Assembly: GCF_003918875.1 (NCBI RefSeq)
Contig: NW_025767224.1
Coordinates: forward strand, 868,001 to 932,000
From: Haliotis rubra
Lineage: Eukaryota
DNA length: 64,000 nt
Reading direction: 5' to 3'
Translations under genes and position numbers: made by a program
Notes under the pieces: generated by a model
Told to the model about the DNA's origin: nothing
The model's input: the letters and a program-made list of their open reading frames with translations, nothing else
Database searches by the model: none
Part shown: piece by piece, positions 14,641-26,988 of the stretch
Position numbering within the stretch: the stretch's first letter is position 1
Layout of the letters: the number at the start of each line of letters is the position of its first letter

Positions 14641-15624
14641 CAACTTATCTACCCCCCATCCCAAACAGCACATCCCCGAAAAACCTGCAACAACTTGTTC
14701 AAACTATTCCATCCCCAACCAAACCTCCCTGAACTCCCACCCTGACAATCTGGAATTGGCCTCTGCATTGTGCTTGAAATGTACAGAAGCACTTCAGTGC
14801 AATGGCAGCAGTAGCTGGAAGCACTCATAAAATTGCAAACATGTAAGTGCATCAAATGGTACACACCTTCACAAACTTACTGCACTGTCAGTCCTAAAGG
14901 GTAAAAGAAGCAGTAGTTTTCAGTGTGGAGAGACTCCTCACTCAGACAATGAAGCAGATTATCAGTTCTCAACCAGCATGTCATTAATCATTGTTAACAA
15001 TCTACTTACCATTAACAAACAAATTATCATAGTCACACGTCTATTTCATCACTGCCCACGGTAAATGTCACTAAATATGTCGAATATGGTAAAATGTTTG
15101 AATCACATACCAAACTAGGTCAAACGATTTGTTCTTGTACAAAATGAGACGGACGAAGGTAAATCAATATTTTGTTCTTGACATAAACATGCAAATAATG
15201 CTACTGATGAACACTGAATCTGTATCAACGACTCATTTGATTGTGTCTGCATGTGCTAGGACTAAGATTAGTGAGTGAACCTAAGTACCAGTTCAGGCTA
15301 GGAGTCTACTCCGACAACACCTGGGATACCATCACAGTAAACACCTGTAGCAAACTGGACATATTTGATGTAGACAGAGACAAAGTCTACTGTGTTACAC
15401 CCAATTTGTCAAAATCTGTTTCAGTAGATTTTTCTATACTGTATATACTGTGGATTATTATCAGTTGACTGTTAAAAACCAAATACAATTTAAAGAGACT
15501 CTTTAGACTTGGTACTGTCTTAATGGCAAACAATGCATATAAAAATGTTTAATAGATCTCTTAATAATGTAACAGGACGTGTCAGTGTCATCATTTTACT
15601 ACTGACTTTGATCTAAAATGAATT

Positions 15625-15762
15625 ATAACAATGTAACATATGTTATATTTGGGATTACACTTTCTTAGTAAAGTACAGATTCTAGTACTTTTGTTGGGTT
15701 GAGTACGGGATTCGAACCCACATCCTCAGAGTCAGGCACCTAAATGCCAGCACACAAAGTCA
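15625..15762 (-). mobile_element. SINE family D fragment
   Basis: Minus strand has B-box gggttcgaatcccg followed by aacaaaagtactagaatctgtactttact...aaagtgtaatcc, also seen at 39103-39260 (+). Confidence 0.6.
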
Positions 15763-17236
15763 CATATCATATTTTAAAACAATATCTTAAAATCTAACAT
15801 TTCAGAAAAATGGGGATAAATGCAAAAAGTGGCATACCCTTGAAAAGAGGCTTTACACTACTGATTCATTATCAGCTTCACATCACTGCTGCCAACAGGA
15901 TCAGCAGCTATGGACGTGGAGGGAGGCAAGCCAACATCTGTATTCCATCAAACTCATCCTATCTGTTATAATTTGTGTTAACACAATACAGGTGTTTACT
16001 ATGACAGCACTCAGATCTTGCTCTCAGGACATCACGGTTCACAAAGGAAACAGTTTAAGTATTTTCACAAGATGATCTTGCCTACACTGCACCTATGCTG
16101 AGACTTTGAAATATTTTCTCCATTCTCAAAGCAAACAAATCACTTCACAAATAATTAACTTATTTCAAAAACCTTTAGACCAGATCTGAAATTACAGCTT
16201 TACTGCAACTATTAAGTACATTTCCATAACATTTGTGAAATAAGTTATGTATAAAGTACAGGTCAATTTGAAGTAAGAGAGCATACATGTTCATTTAACA
16301 TTAATGTATGAATAATGACACTTCCACTCCTTGGATTGCTGGAACAAACCGACACGGGTCAGGGTGGTCTCCCCTTAACACGGTCACACGTTTAATATTG
16401 AAATGTTTCTCTGAATCAAGTGTCAGTGAACCATACTGTGTACCAGAGGGGCACCTGCTGTAGGCTTCACTGAACTGTTGTGACCAGTAAACAAACATAT
16501 ACCACAGATAATATCAGGATCTGGACCATAAACCTGTTGTCATGAATATCTGGATGTTGATCGTACGTGCCGACAAGTATCAATTCATTTAAGTACATAG
16601 GTAGATTTCAAAAAAAAAGAAATGCCGACCCACCTAATTTAAATAATTTTGTATGGTAGCAGACACCCATGCATGCTCAGTTACTTCTGAAATGACCGTA
16701 CATAGAAACAAATCCGAAGAATCTATGCATGTAATGTACATAGTATTAAGCATTAACCACCTTTCACTTTTCTTCTGTAATTTGCAACACTTTAAGTAAT
16801 AAAAATTTAAACAATTAAACTTTCAAGTGTGATCCTTGAATACAAACAAGTATCCTGATACAACCTTCACTGAAGATCATAGCCTTTGGCAACAAAATAT
16901 GTGCTTCTTAACACACTCTATCAGTGCTAAAATGCAGAAAATCTCCCAAATGTACAAAAAGGAGGAATTTTTCAAAATTAATTTGCATAAATCTTTCTGA
17001 GCTCATTTAAAACCTGCAATACCAGAGAAAAATATTTCTTGAATGTAACCAAACAATTGTAACATCAGATAATTCATTTATGATGAAATACTCTAAAAGG
17101 TATTCTGAACAAGCCAACAAACTATCACTCAGTTAGTCAGACATCATCTTCAGTGAAGGGTGCACAGTAAAACAGTTTGAACTTGATATATATGAGAGGC
17201 AATGAGACACATAAACAAAACTTAACAAACACTCGT

Positions 17237-20200
17237 CTATTCAAATGAATATCTATTCATGACATTATAGAGCACCCCACATCGGTATGGGTCTGGGGGC
17301 ATCTGACTCTCCGCAGTGTTGGGTCGGGCCATAAAGTCCCGGTCTTGGTTGACCGTTGGGCCCGCTGAATGAGTCAGTTTGGCTGCCGTCGAGTACTGCC
17401 TCTCTTCTAGAAATGGATACGGGGCGTTTTGATGAGGGTAAAGGCTACGATGGGGATATTCCCTATCAAACACAGAATGTTGAGTGGGTGTACTATGCGT
17501 CAGGAAAGCACTATTAGTATTGTCACCAACATGTTGCGGATGATACACAGGGTCTCTGGGATACATATATTTGTCTAAATTGAAACTGCTATTTACACCA
17601 ATGCCACTGAACACATCAGTGGAAGAAGTTTGGGGCAAACCTCGGAAGTCACTCATGGCTGTACCAGCAGTCTGACGATAACGCTCGTCGAAAGTTTTAG
17701 TGGCAGTTCCACATGGTGGCCTACTATAGTCTAATGTAGCAGTTCCTGAGTACGGATGACTTCCGAAATAACTCAATTCAAGTGGAAACGTCTCTGGGGC
17801 CAGTTCTCTCTGGGGCTGCGGAGATGAGAGGCTGGCAAACATATTACGCTCTGTCATTGTCCTAGAGGGGTCAAACATAAAGTCGCGACTGGCGAGGTAG
17901 TTGTCTTTGGCAAAGAGCGTTGCAGGTGTGGTGTTCGGCTGTCTATCTATTGTGCGCTGCAAGTATGGAGCCTGTGGCCAGTGAGGAGGCCGTACCTCCT
18001 GCCCCGACCATGTGTTTGTGAAGGGGTTCCTCTGCATGGTCTGAGGCATGGCAGTGGTGGGAAACATGTCCGTACTTGGCATGGTTGTTGGTCGGCGAAG
18101 AAGAGCTGGGTTAGTTGGTCTCAGTGCTGTGTCTGGGAGACGTGAAATAGCAGTTCTATCATTTTGAGGCAAGAAAGGTGTGGTCATTCTCTGCCTCATT
18201 GCCTCACTCTCCCCAAGCCTCATGAAACTGCTACCTGTGGTTTGTGCAGAAAAGATATTTTCATTCTGACGCAAGAAATTATTCTCTCTAGATACACTAT
18301 GAATTGAATTGAGTGGATTAAATGTTTCAAATGGGGCAGGGTCTGGCAGTCGTGGAAGCGCAGATGCTGTGTCCCTCTGGAAGTGTTGTTCCTGAGAACG
18401 ATCACAGGCCAAGATTTCCATGCGTTTATGGGACATATCATGAAATGGTTGCATACTTGTGTGAGTGATTACATTACTGGCCACAGATGCTGCTCTTGGG
18501 ATATCTCGACTGTCCTCATGAGGCTTCTCTGCCAGTTCTTCTAGCCTCTGGAGACGGTTAGGCTCTTCTGGAACAGCTTCTCTTGGAGTGTTGCCAGGTA
18601 CATTGAGGTCCTGGAGATACTGCCCCAGGTAATCCTTGTCACACTCAGGTGCATGGGCCTGATGAGGGAATTGAGCACTTGGTTGAGGAGGAGGTGGTGG
18701 TGGTGGTGGTGGCTGAGCATCATCTTTAGGAGGTTCCACACTAGGCAACGGTTGCTGCTGATCTTGGGACACTTGGGACAAAGGTTGATTGGACATGGGT
18801 TGGTTGGACATAGGTTCTGGATGAGAGAGTGGTTCTTGGATAGGAACAGGAACAGAGACAGGAGCAGGGAGAGGAGATTGCACAGGCTGCATCACTTCCT
18901 CCACCTCCTCTTCCTCCTCTGATGGGCTCTGAGGTGGAGGAGGAGCAGGTGCTCGAGGTGGAGTTAGGAGAATATCATTGGGGACTTCATCATCAGAGGA
19001 GACTCTCTGTTCTTCATCATCTCCTTGCTGTTCTTCAGTCTTTTCCTCAGGTTCCTCAACCAATGCTGGTGAGTACTGCCTCATATCCTGCTGAGAGTTC
19101 AGATCTTTCATAGTGGAATCATCAATAATAGGATTTTCCTCAAGAGATCTATCAATTGCCTCTTGCTGTGCTTGTCCAGGAGACATGGCCTCTTCTTTGG
19201 GCACTTCAAGGACAGTAGGAACTTCAAGTTCCTGGTAGGCTTCCTCTAAGTTCTCCTGCTTCTCCTCAATCTGTTCCTGTTCTCGTTCCTCTTGTTCAAC
19301 CGGCAGAGGCTGAGGCTGACCCTCACTCTCATTGTCACTGAGGAGTGGACTACACACACTGCGGTCACTGTGGGGGCTATGTGGACTTGGGGAACTGTCA
19401 TCACTCTCTGGACTTTGTGGTTTATGAAGAGTCTGTGGAGATGGAGGCTGAGGTTCTGGAACAACCTGGGGTTCAACTGGGATTTCTACTTCAGCTTCAG
19501 GTTCAGCTTCCGGCTGTGGTTCAGCTTCAGGTTCCTTCTCTTTCTCAACACTTGCTTCCTTCTCTTCCACCTGTTCCTTGGATTTATCTTCATCAACAGC
19601 AGCTGCCTTCTTAGTCTTTGTTTTCTTCACAGATGTTTTACCCTTAGGCTTTGTTTCCTTCTTCTTAGAAGGAGACTTCTTCTTTGCTGCCTTCTTGGTT
19701 TGTGGAGATACTTTCTTTTTTGACACTGGTGTCTTCTTCTTGGCTACTTCTGGACACACTTTCTTCTTCATTCCCTGAGACTTGGGTGATTTGGGTGACT
19801 TTGGAGTCTTTGGAGCTGCTGTTGCTTTAGGAGATTTGGGAGGAGTGGATGACTTGGTTGATTTCAATGCCTTTGTTGCTTTAGGTGACTTCACCTTTTT
19901 AACAGATTTCGGAGAAACCTTTTTGCTAGCCACAACTTTCTTCTTCTTCTTTTTAGGAAGTGTCTTTACAGGCTCCTTATCTTTCTCTTTCTCTTTTTCT
20001 TCCTCATCTTTTTCTGTTTCCTCCTTTGGTGCATCTCCATTAGATTTCACCCACTCCGGCAGAGGATTGTGTTTAGGCTCAAGTTTGGCAGCTTCATGAA
20101 GCTGATCAAGAGCTTCTCGTGTGAGGGTATGAACTCTTGGCTTGTCCCTACGGAATACAACTGGGAGGTCATCACCAGAATCATCATCATTGAAGTCATA

Positions 20201-20616
20201 CAGATCAATACCCTTATCAGGCTTTGCACTGGTAGACTGTTCACTTGTTGTAGCTGTTACAGCTGTTGTATCTGCAGCAGCAGCAGCATCAGTAACAGCA
20301 GCAGCAGCAGCAGAACCAGTAGCAGCAGCATCAGGGGCTGTAGGAGGAGACACACCATTCACTTTGGGCTCACTGCTGTTTTCACTACTCCCAGAAACAG
20401 GGGTCTCACGTGGCTGTTCCGAATCTTCTCCTGGCTTTTGTGTGTGGTGCCTCTTGATATGCCACTGTAAAGAGTTCCTCTGTCGACAGGAGAAGCTGCA
20501 CATAGTACATTTGATGGGTTTCTCATTGGTATGCTGCCTTTGATGCACCTTCAAGTTGTCGGAGTGCCGGAAGGACTTGCCACAGTCTGGCCACGTACAG
20601 TGATAGTTCCTCTCTC
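17237..20616 (-). CDS. Last coding exon of a large C2H2 zinc-finger protein (fingers 11-12, then K/SPK-rich, acidic/Pro-rich and aromatic-rich low-complexity tail); ZFP91/ZNF653/ZNF692-like finger array
   Basis: Open frame of about 1,126 codons; acceptor ttcag at 20617-20618 joins phase-1 to the donor at 31014/31015 to give the linker HTGERNY. Fingers CTWPDC...HQRQH and CTMC...HIKRH. Confidence 0.92.
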
Positions 20617-21884
20617 CTGAAACACACAACAGTCAGAGTCGGTTTTAGAAATACAAATACTTTTTAAATCAAGTAGGGACATTTAGGAAGAAAGGTTTTG
20701 GTAGCTTCTTAATCAATAGTAGCAGTGGCAAATGGCAGTTGTCTGGAGGTGAAATATTGAAATTTTACGGTCAAATAGTTTCATAGTAAAGAGTAATTCA
20801 GCTGAACCGACTACATCAAAGTGCTACTGCATGACCCTGATTACGGTGATAGTTATTTCCAACACTACTGACCCAAAGCACTTAGCCCTTCACTTACCAT
20901 TGGTACACAGTAAGGCTCGCCATTTAAAACCAACAATTTATATAAGTATTTTGTTGTTTATATAACATTGTATTACACATTTTCATACCTGTGCCTACTC
21001 AGCTCCTTTATTTTCACTTAGGTATCACTTGTTGTCACAAAGAAAGTATGTATCATGGGCCCAAGGCCTCTTTATTGAATAAATGTGTTTATCTGTCTAT
21101 TTCAAACTCTTAGATTTAAATGTCTTGTTTTGACTCATTTCATGGAGGCCCCAAAAGGATCTTAACACGCATGCAGATGCTATTTTGCCAGGTGAAATAG
21201 CAGAAATATGTGTCGTCAAATTTCAGCAAGTCATGTTATTAAGATAAAACAACTGGCAGTGTTCTAAATTAGGAGGGAAAGTCCTTGTCTAACCCTACTG
21301 TCAAACCGAAAGATTTCGAGTCCCATGATTCATCTACCATTTCTGTAAATCATGACATTATTGCGAGCATTTTATTAATGCGCAAAATGTGTCTGTACTC
21401 TTCTCGCACTATAATGATGGTGCATTTCAGTCCGACCATGACTACTTTTAATAACTTAATAAAAGACAGAAAACGTAAATCTGTTGACACTACACATTAC
21501 ACCAATACAGGTCACTTCCTCATTACAGGTATCTCAAACCACATGTAATTATCACTGGTTACAACCACTGGTCATTGTCTAAAGTCACTCAAGCACATCA
21601 GCCAGACCGGACATTCTCGAACCTAGAAGTCTTTGAAGTCAGATTACGTTATACATGTTGTCATAAGACAAGTAGTAGCAAGCAATCGCGTGATCAAACA
21701 AGGCAGCGTACTCAAAACATCATCTGCTCATTTCTATTCATTGCATCACAAGCTCAGGTTATTTGGTAAATAACAAGTGTGAAACGAAAAAGAACAACAA
21801 ATATTCAGGTTGTCACATTTTATCATCAACAGATTCCTGAGCTTGCATTAATTTTGTGACGCATTGATTTCATGATTTACAGTA

Positions 21885-22404
21885 TAGTCTGTTTGCAGTG
21901 AAAACATACCGATGAATTTCACTTTAAACAAAAAAGTAAATCGAATAAAGTGAAATTAAGATTGTGAATCCTCATAAATTTGACCTTGCCAATTGAACAT
22001 TTAAGAGAATTTTATTCATCTTAGGATAAAAGTTGTTTAACAAACGATCATAGTTTCAAACCGCTATTATTGGTATGTATTACATGGGGGTATGCACACT
22101 AGATGAAACACCGAGAACAAGTAGGGTTAGTCTAAGTTAAAGCTCATCACGAACCTCACGTGCATTTGTGTCACTGTCCAACTACTATGCTTACCCCCTT
22201 GTAATACAAACCAATAATAGCGATTTGAATCAATGATCGTTTGTTAAACAACTTTTATCCTAATATGAATAAAAATTCTGAGATTTAAATGTTGAGTTGG
22301 CAAGGTAAAATTAAGAGGATTTGCAATCTTAATTTCACTTTATTTGATTTACTTTTTTTGTTTAAAGTGAAATTCATCGGTACGTTTTCACTGCAAACAG
22401 ACTG
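21885..22404. mobile_element. Foldback MITE with about 215-bp inverted arms, TA TSD (Tc1/mariner-type termini)
   Basis: (t/c)agtctgtttgcagtgaaaac...catgggggtatgca on the left is the reverse complement of tgcttaccccttg...gttttcactgcaaacagactg on the right; TA flanks at 21883-21884 and 22405-22406. Confidence 0.88.
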
Positions 22405-23767
22405 TAGCAGGAGGTGAAAAAAATGATCCTACCTGCCTACCTACCTGTCCTAAAGTTTAAAGAGGTGTAATTTGAACCACAACATTTTTTTTTATTTGGC
22501 CTAATATATCCATCCCGCCTGAACTGCATGGACAAACAAATATACAAATTCAGCAATAAATTCTGATAAATTCTGCAACCATTCTTCAGGAATCCTTCAC
22601 AAAGTTCTGCAATATGATATTTTTTCCAGAAATCAAAGCCTTTTTTGACAACTGAATCCATGATTTGTGAACTGACAGTCAGAGCATGAAACAGAAAGAC
22701 ATGTGTTTCCCTTAATCACAATACAAAAGTCGGATTCATTTGGAAACGAAAACAGAATATTGATTTTAACACTTCTATCATGTAAAAGTCTTGTACAATC
22801 AATTGTAGAATGTGGACTGTTCTAAAACAAATACCATAAATAATTATTTATAGGTATCACATAAAAATGTTTTTAAATTGACACAAAAAACAAACAATTT
22901 ATTGATATGTTGACGGTTTGTTTCTGAACGCCATTACAACTTTCACATACTGAGAACTGTTTTTTAATGTGAACTGAAAACTTCCAATGTATTTTGACCA
23001 TGTTCTGCATACAAGGTGACTTTCCTCAAGATACATCTCTCGTGGGTACAGTTGAGTGGTTCAAGGTGCAGAGTCCAGTTGCTTTGCAGTAGCAAAACTA
23101 ATGACAAGTAATAACCAGACTGCAAGACGCAAGCTAATTCTACTGTTTACACTGACGCTAACTGAATACAACCAGCATCCCCATGACCCACTACTCCGGT
23201 GCAGCAACAGGCACAGAAACAGATGGACCATTCCCATCTCACCATAATCATATTTAATTTGTACAAGGATGAAAATCAATCTTAGAACAATAATTCTAAG
23301 GTTTTGATGCATTTTGGAGGTCGGAGAGCAAGAAAGAAGGAAAATACACTCAAATTAATTTCACATTATGGTACAGATTTTAAGCCTTTGTGCTTAAAAC
23401 ACTATTAGGCAGACCAAATTATTAATCCTCCAGCCAAAAATGACTTATTTTGCAATTTTGATATTGATTTTTCTTCCGCTACATGTTCAGTTGACCTGTC
23501 TTTCCAGTGTTGTATACAGAGCAAGCTGAGCAGACGGCTTACTTTAGTTTGGACAGTTAACAAGACAATGTCGATATTTCACATACAACAGACGTGAGCT
23601 GAAAAACATGCCAAGGACTAGATAGAATTATATAATGTATGGGTTATTCATCAAAATGTGTTTTTCATCTTTCTTGATTCCTGTTTTTGACTTTCAATAT
23701 CAAAATTGTAGGCTGCTGAAACTGGTCAAGGCACCACCATCGTGCATCCCTTACATAGTACCCAACA

Positions 23768-24062
23768 ACCCCAAACCCTGTGAAGCCTTCCATTTCTAGG
23801 GTTACCCAGCCCCAAACCCTGTGAAGCCTTCCATTTCTAAGGATACCCAGCCCCAAACCCTGTGAAGCCTTCCATTTCTAGGGTTACCCAGCCCCACACC
23901 CTGTGAAGCCTTCCATTTCTAAGGTTATCAAGCCCCAAACTTGTGTGAAGCCTTCCATTTCTAGGGTTATCAAGCCCCAACCTTGTGTGAAGCCTTCCAT
24001 TTCTAGGGTTACCCAGCCCCAAACCCTGTGAAGCTTTCCATTTCTAGGGTTACCCAGACCCT
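23768..24062. repeat. 41-42-bp minisatellite (about 7 copies)
   Basis: Unit cccaaaccctgtgaagccttccatttctagggttacccagc. Confidence 0.92.
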
Positions 24063-24949
24063 GTTCCTACCTGAAGTCTACCAATTCTTGGATCATCCAG
24101 CAGTATGCCCTGTGAAGCCTACAATTTCTGTAAGATGATCCAGACCCAAACCCTGACTTTAACCTAGGATTTCTATGATCGTGCTAACAAGCCTGTCTGA
24201 CCCCACCCCATCCCACTGTACCACCACCCAATATACACCAGTAACCACCAACCAAAGCCCACAATCCATCCCTTCAACCCTGATTCACTTATAACAAACA
24301 GTCTGAGATATGGAGGAAGATAGTGGAGAAAAAGCGTTGTTCCATTTGTGAGTGCATCAATTGCCTCTCTCCACCTCTGCCAATAATTAGGACCAAGTAG
24401 AACCAGGGAACATGGGCTGCCTTTGACTGTGGCTAGTTGAGCTTCCCCGACTCAATACTCAGCAGGCGGATGCAAATTCTCAACTGTAAGAGAGATGCCA
24501 ACCAACAATCATTTATTGATTCCAGCAGTATATTGGTGTGTCTGCAGCTTGGCCACTCCTGATTCGTCAGCTCACCCCAGGATTAAGCGGTTTATTCCAA
24601 GCGTTACAGAAGCAGTCTCTATCACTCCAATTTAATTACTGTGGCTGTGTTTGCCTCATTAAGCTGTCCCACTCCTAACAGTAATCAAACATAATGGGAT
24701 ATGCCATTTCATATTTAGGGGCACCAGCACTCATGCAAATATATCAAGGTCCTCCATCACGTGGCATGGATTGGTAGAAAGTGGAATGTCTAAATACAGC
24801 TGATGAAAAAAGAAGCTCTGTGTCTGTCCTGAAAGACAGTGGCTTTAGCCGAAGAAGCCAGGGAGCGATGTGTTCCCATATGTGGAACGGAACCCAGACT
24901 TAAACTTAAACTTATTAGTGGCTGGCCTCAGTAGATACAATCCTCACAT

Positions 24950-25960
24950 GATGACAATCTTCCATAATATATTTCCCATGGTTACAATTCTACCATTACA
25001 TATTCCCTACATAGCAATCTCCCCATTACAAATTCATTACTTAACAATTTTTCATTATATATTCTTAATGAAGAAGGGGCGGTGAGGTAGCCTAGTGGTT
25101 AAAGCGTTCGCTCCTCACGCTGACCCGGGTTCGATTCCCCACCCGGGTTCGATTCCCCACATGGGTAGTGTGTAAAGGCCATTTCTGGTGTCCCCTGTCG
25201 TGATGTTGATGAAATATTGGGGTAAACTAAACTCACTCACTCTTAATGATGACAATCGCCAATTTAATGTTTACCACATAACAATTTCCTATCATACTTT
25301 CCCTACAGATAGCATTCTTCAAACATGTATATTCACGAAATGATAACAACCTCCTATTACAGTAAATACTAATCTCATACTATATTTTCCCAGAAGATAA
25401 CAATCTTCAAATATATACATTTCCAACACAACATTAACAATCTCCCATTACATATTCTCTACAGATAACAATTTTAAATTACATATTCCCTAAATGATAA
25501 CAAATGATAATAATCTCCCATAATATATTCTCTACAAGACAAGCATCTTCTGATATTTATGCCCCACAAGATAGGTACCTTCCACTATATATTCCCTGCA
25601 TGACAATCTTCCTTTATATAACTATATAATCCCCTACATCGTACCATATTGACACAACCCTTCAGTGAATTACACATTCGCTACATAACCTTATTTCATG
25701 ATAAATTCTTCCTATAATCCACAAATGATAATCTTCATCACATAATCCCTACATTAAACAACGTTCCATCATATAATCTCACATACAAATCTTTAATCAT
25801 GTAATCACTATAAGATAACAATCATCCCGGATATAATCCTTACATGATAACAATCTTCCATTATATAATCCTACATAACATTTTTCAAATTAATAATCCC
25901 TACATAACAAAACCAGCTGCTACTTCATAACCCCTACTTAACAATCCTTCTCTATAAATC
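24950..25960. repeat. Highly decayed tandem repeat of about 33-36 bp, interrupted by a SINE
   Basis: Recurrent cattatatattccctacatgataacaatcttc-like units. Confidence 0.7.
25076..25240 (+). mobile_element. SINE family A with duplicated B-box segment
   Basis: ggggcggtgaggtagcctagtggttaaagcg...acccgggttcgattcccc twice; (actc)n tail; TSD tcttaatga at 25063 and 25241. Confidence 0.88.
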
Positions 25961-26813
25961 AATACACAATAACCATCCTCCATAATTAATCACATCATAC
26001 TTGTCTCTATCCTTTTGATTCCAATTCAAACAAGACAACATTGATATACCAAAAAAATGCAATTCTACTTGAGCTGCACTTGAGAATTCCCGATCTCCAT
26101 GGCCAAATGTGTATGTTAATGAAGTCAGCCAGCCCCCCTCACCTGCCGGCAACCACAAGCTGTGACTGATATCTTCCACAACAAACACATCATTACTTGC
26201 AACATGAATCATGCCCGTATTGATCCACAGGTTTGGTGGCTGCAGGTGAGGTCTGCCTGTAATTGCTCCCATGCTTCAGATATACTGTTAATCAAACAAT
26301 TGCAACTGGTTCCATTCCGTCTTACTAAATGTGTTTTTCTCATTTCACCAGTGACATGCAATTGTTGCATTAGCTGCACAAATACTGATTTAACTTATTA
26401 CCTGGCCAGGTTTGTTGAAATGACTGTGAATGGAGCTAATTCTAAACTCAATTGATTCCTGTTTAAAAAACAAATCCTTCTCATCATCCTATGGAGCAAA
26501 ATCAATACAACTTTGGTGGAGACAATGTCATTCAGGTAAAAAAATGCATCAATGTGATTGGCTAATTCCCATCAGCAAATCCCAAGCCCAACACCAGGTG
26601 CAGTGGAGGGCAGTCAACTGAAACCTGTCACAAGCCAGGTGTGAAGATCCTGAGGTAATCAATATTGGTGAAGATGGCCTGTGAGATCTGCAACACCCTA
26701 GGCGTGGAGGAATCGTGCTGCCAAACCACTTCCTCTACTGCTAGAGAAGCTAGTTGCTAAAACAACAAAACAAGTCTCTTCCAAAAAGTCTACTGGCCCC
26801 AACTTTTTATCAG

Positions 26814-26988
26814 TGAGTGAGTGAGTGAGTGAGTATGGTTTTACACCGCTTTTAGCAATATTCCAGCAACATAACGACAGGTGGACACCAGAAATGGGTT
26901 TCACACATTGTACCCATGTGGGGAATCGAACCTGGGTCTTCGGCGTGACGAGCGGATGCTTTAACCACTAGGCTACCCCACCACCGCC
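26814..26988 (-). mobile_element. SINE family A, full length, 12-bp TSD
   Basis: TSD actttttatcag at 26802-26813 and 26989-27000; (gagt)n tail. Confidence 0.9.

Noticed and set aside
18940-18975. LLTPP as an Fbw7 phosphodegron
   Set aside because: The +4 residue is Ala rather than S/T/E; too weak to call.
19292-20543. Plus-strand hydrophobic ORFs over the zinc-finger exon (also 31926-33080)
   Set aside because: Antisense shadows of K/E-rich codons.
23056-23312. Short ORFs with coding-like composition in the intron
   Set aside because: No recognisable motif or convincing splice sites.
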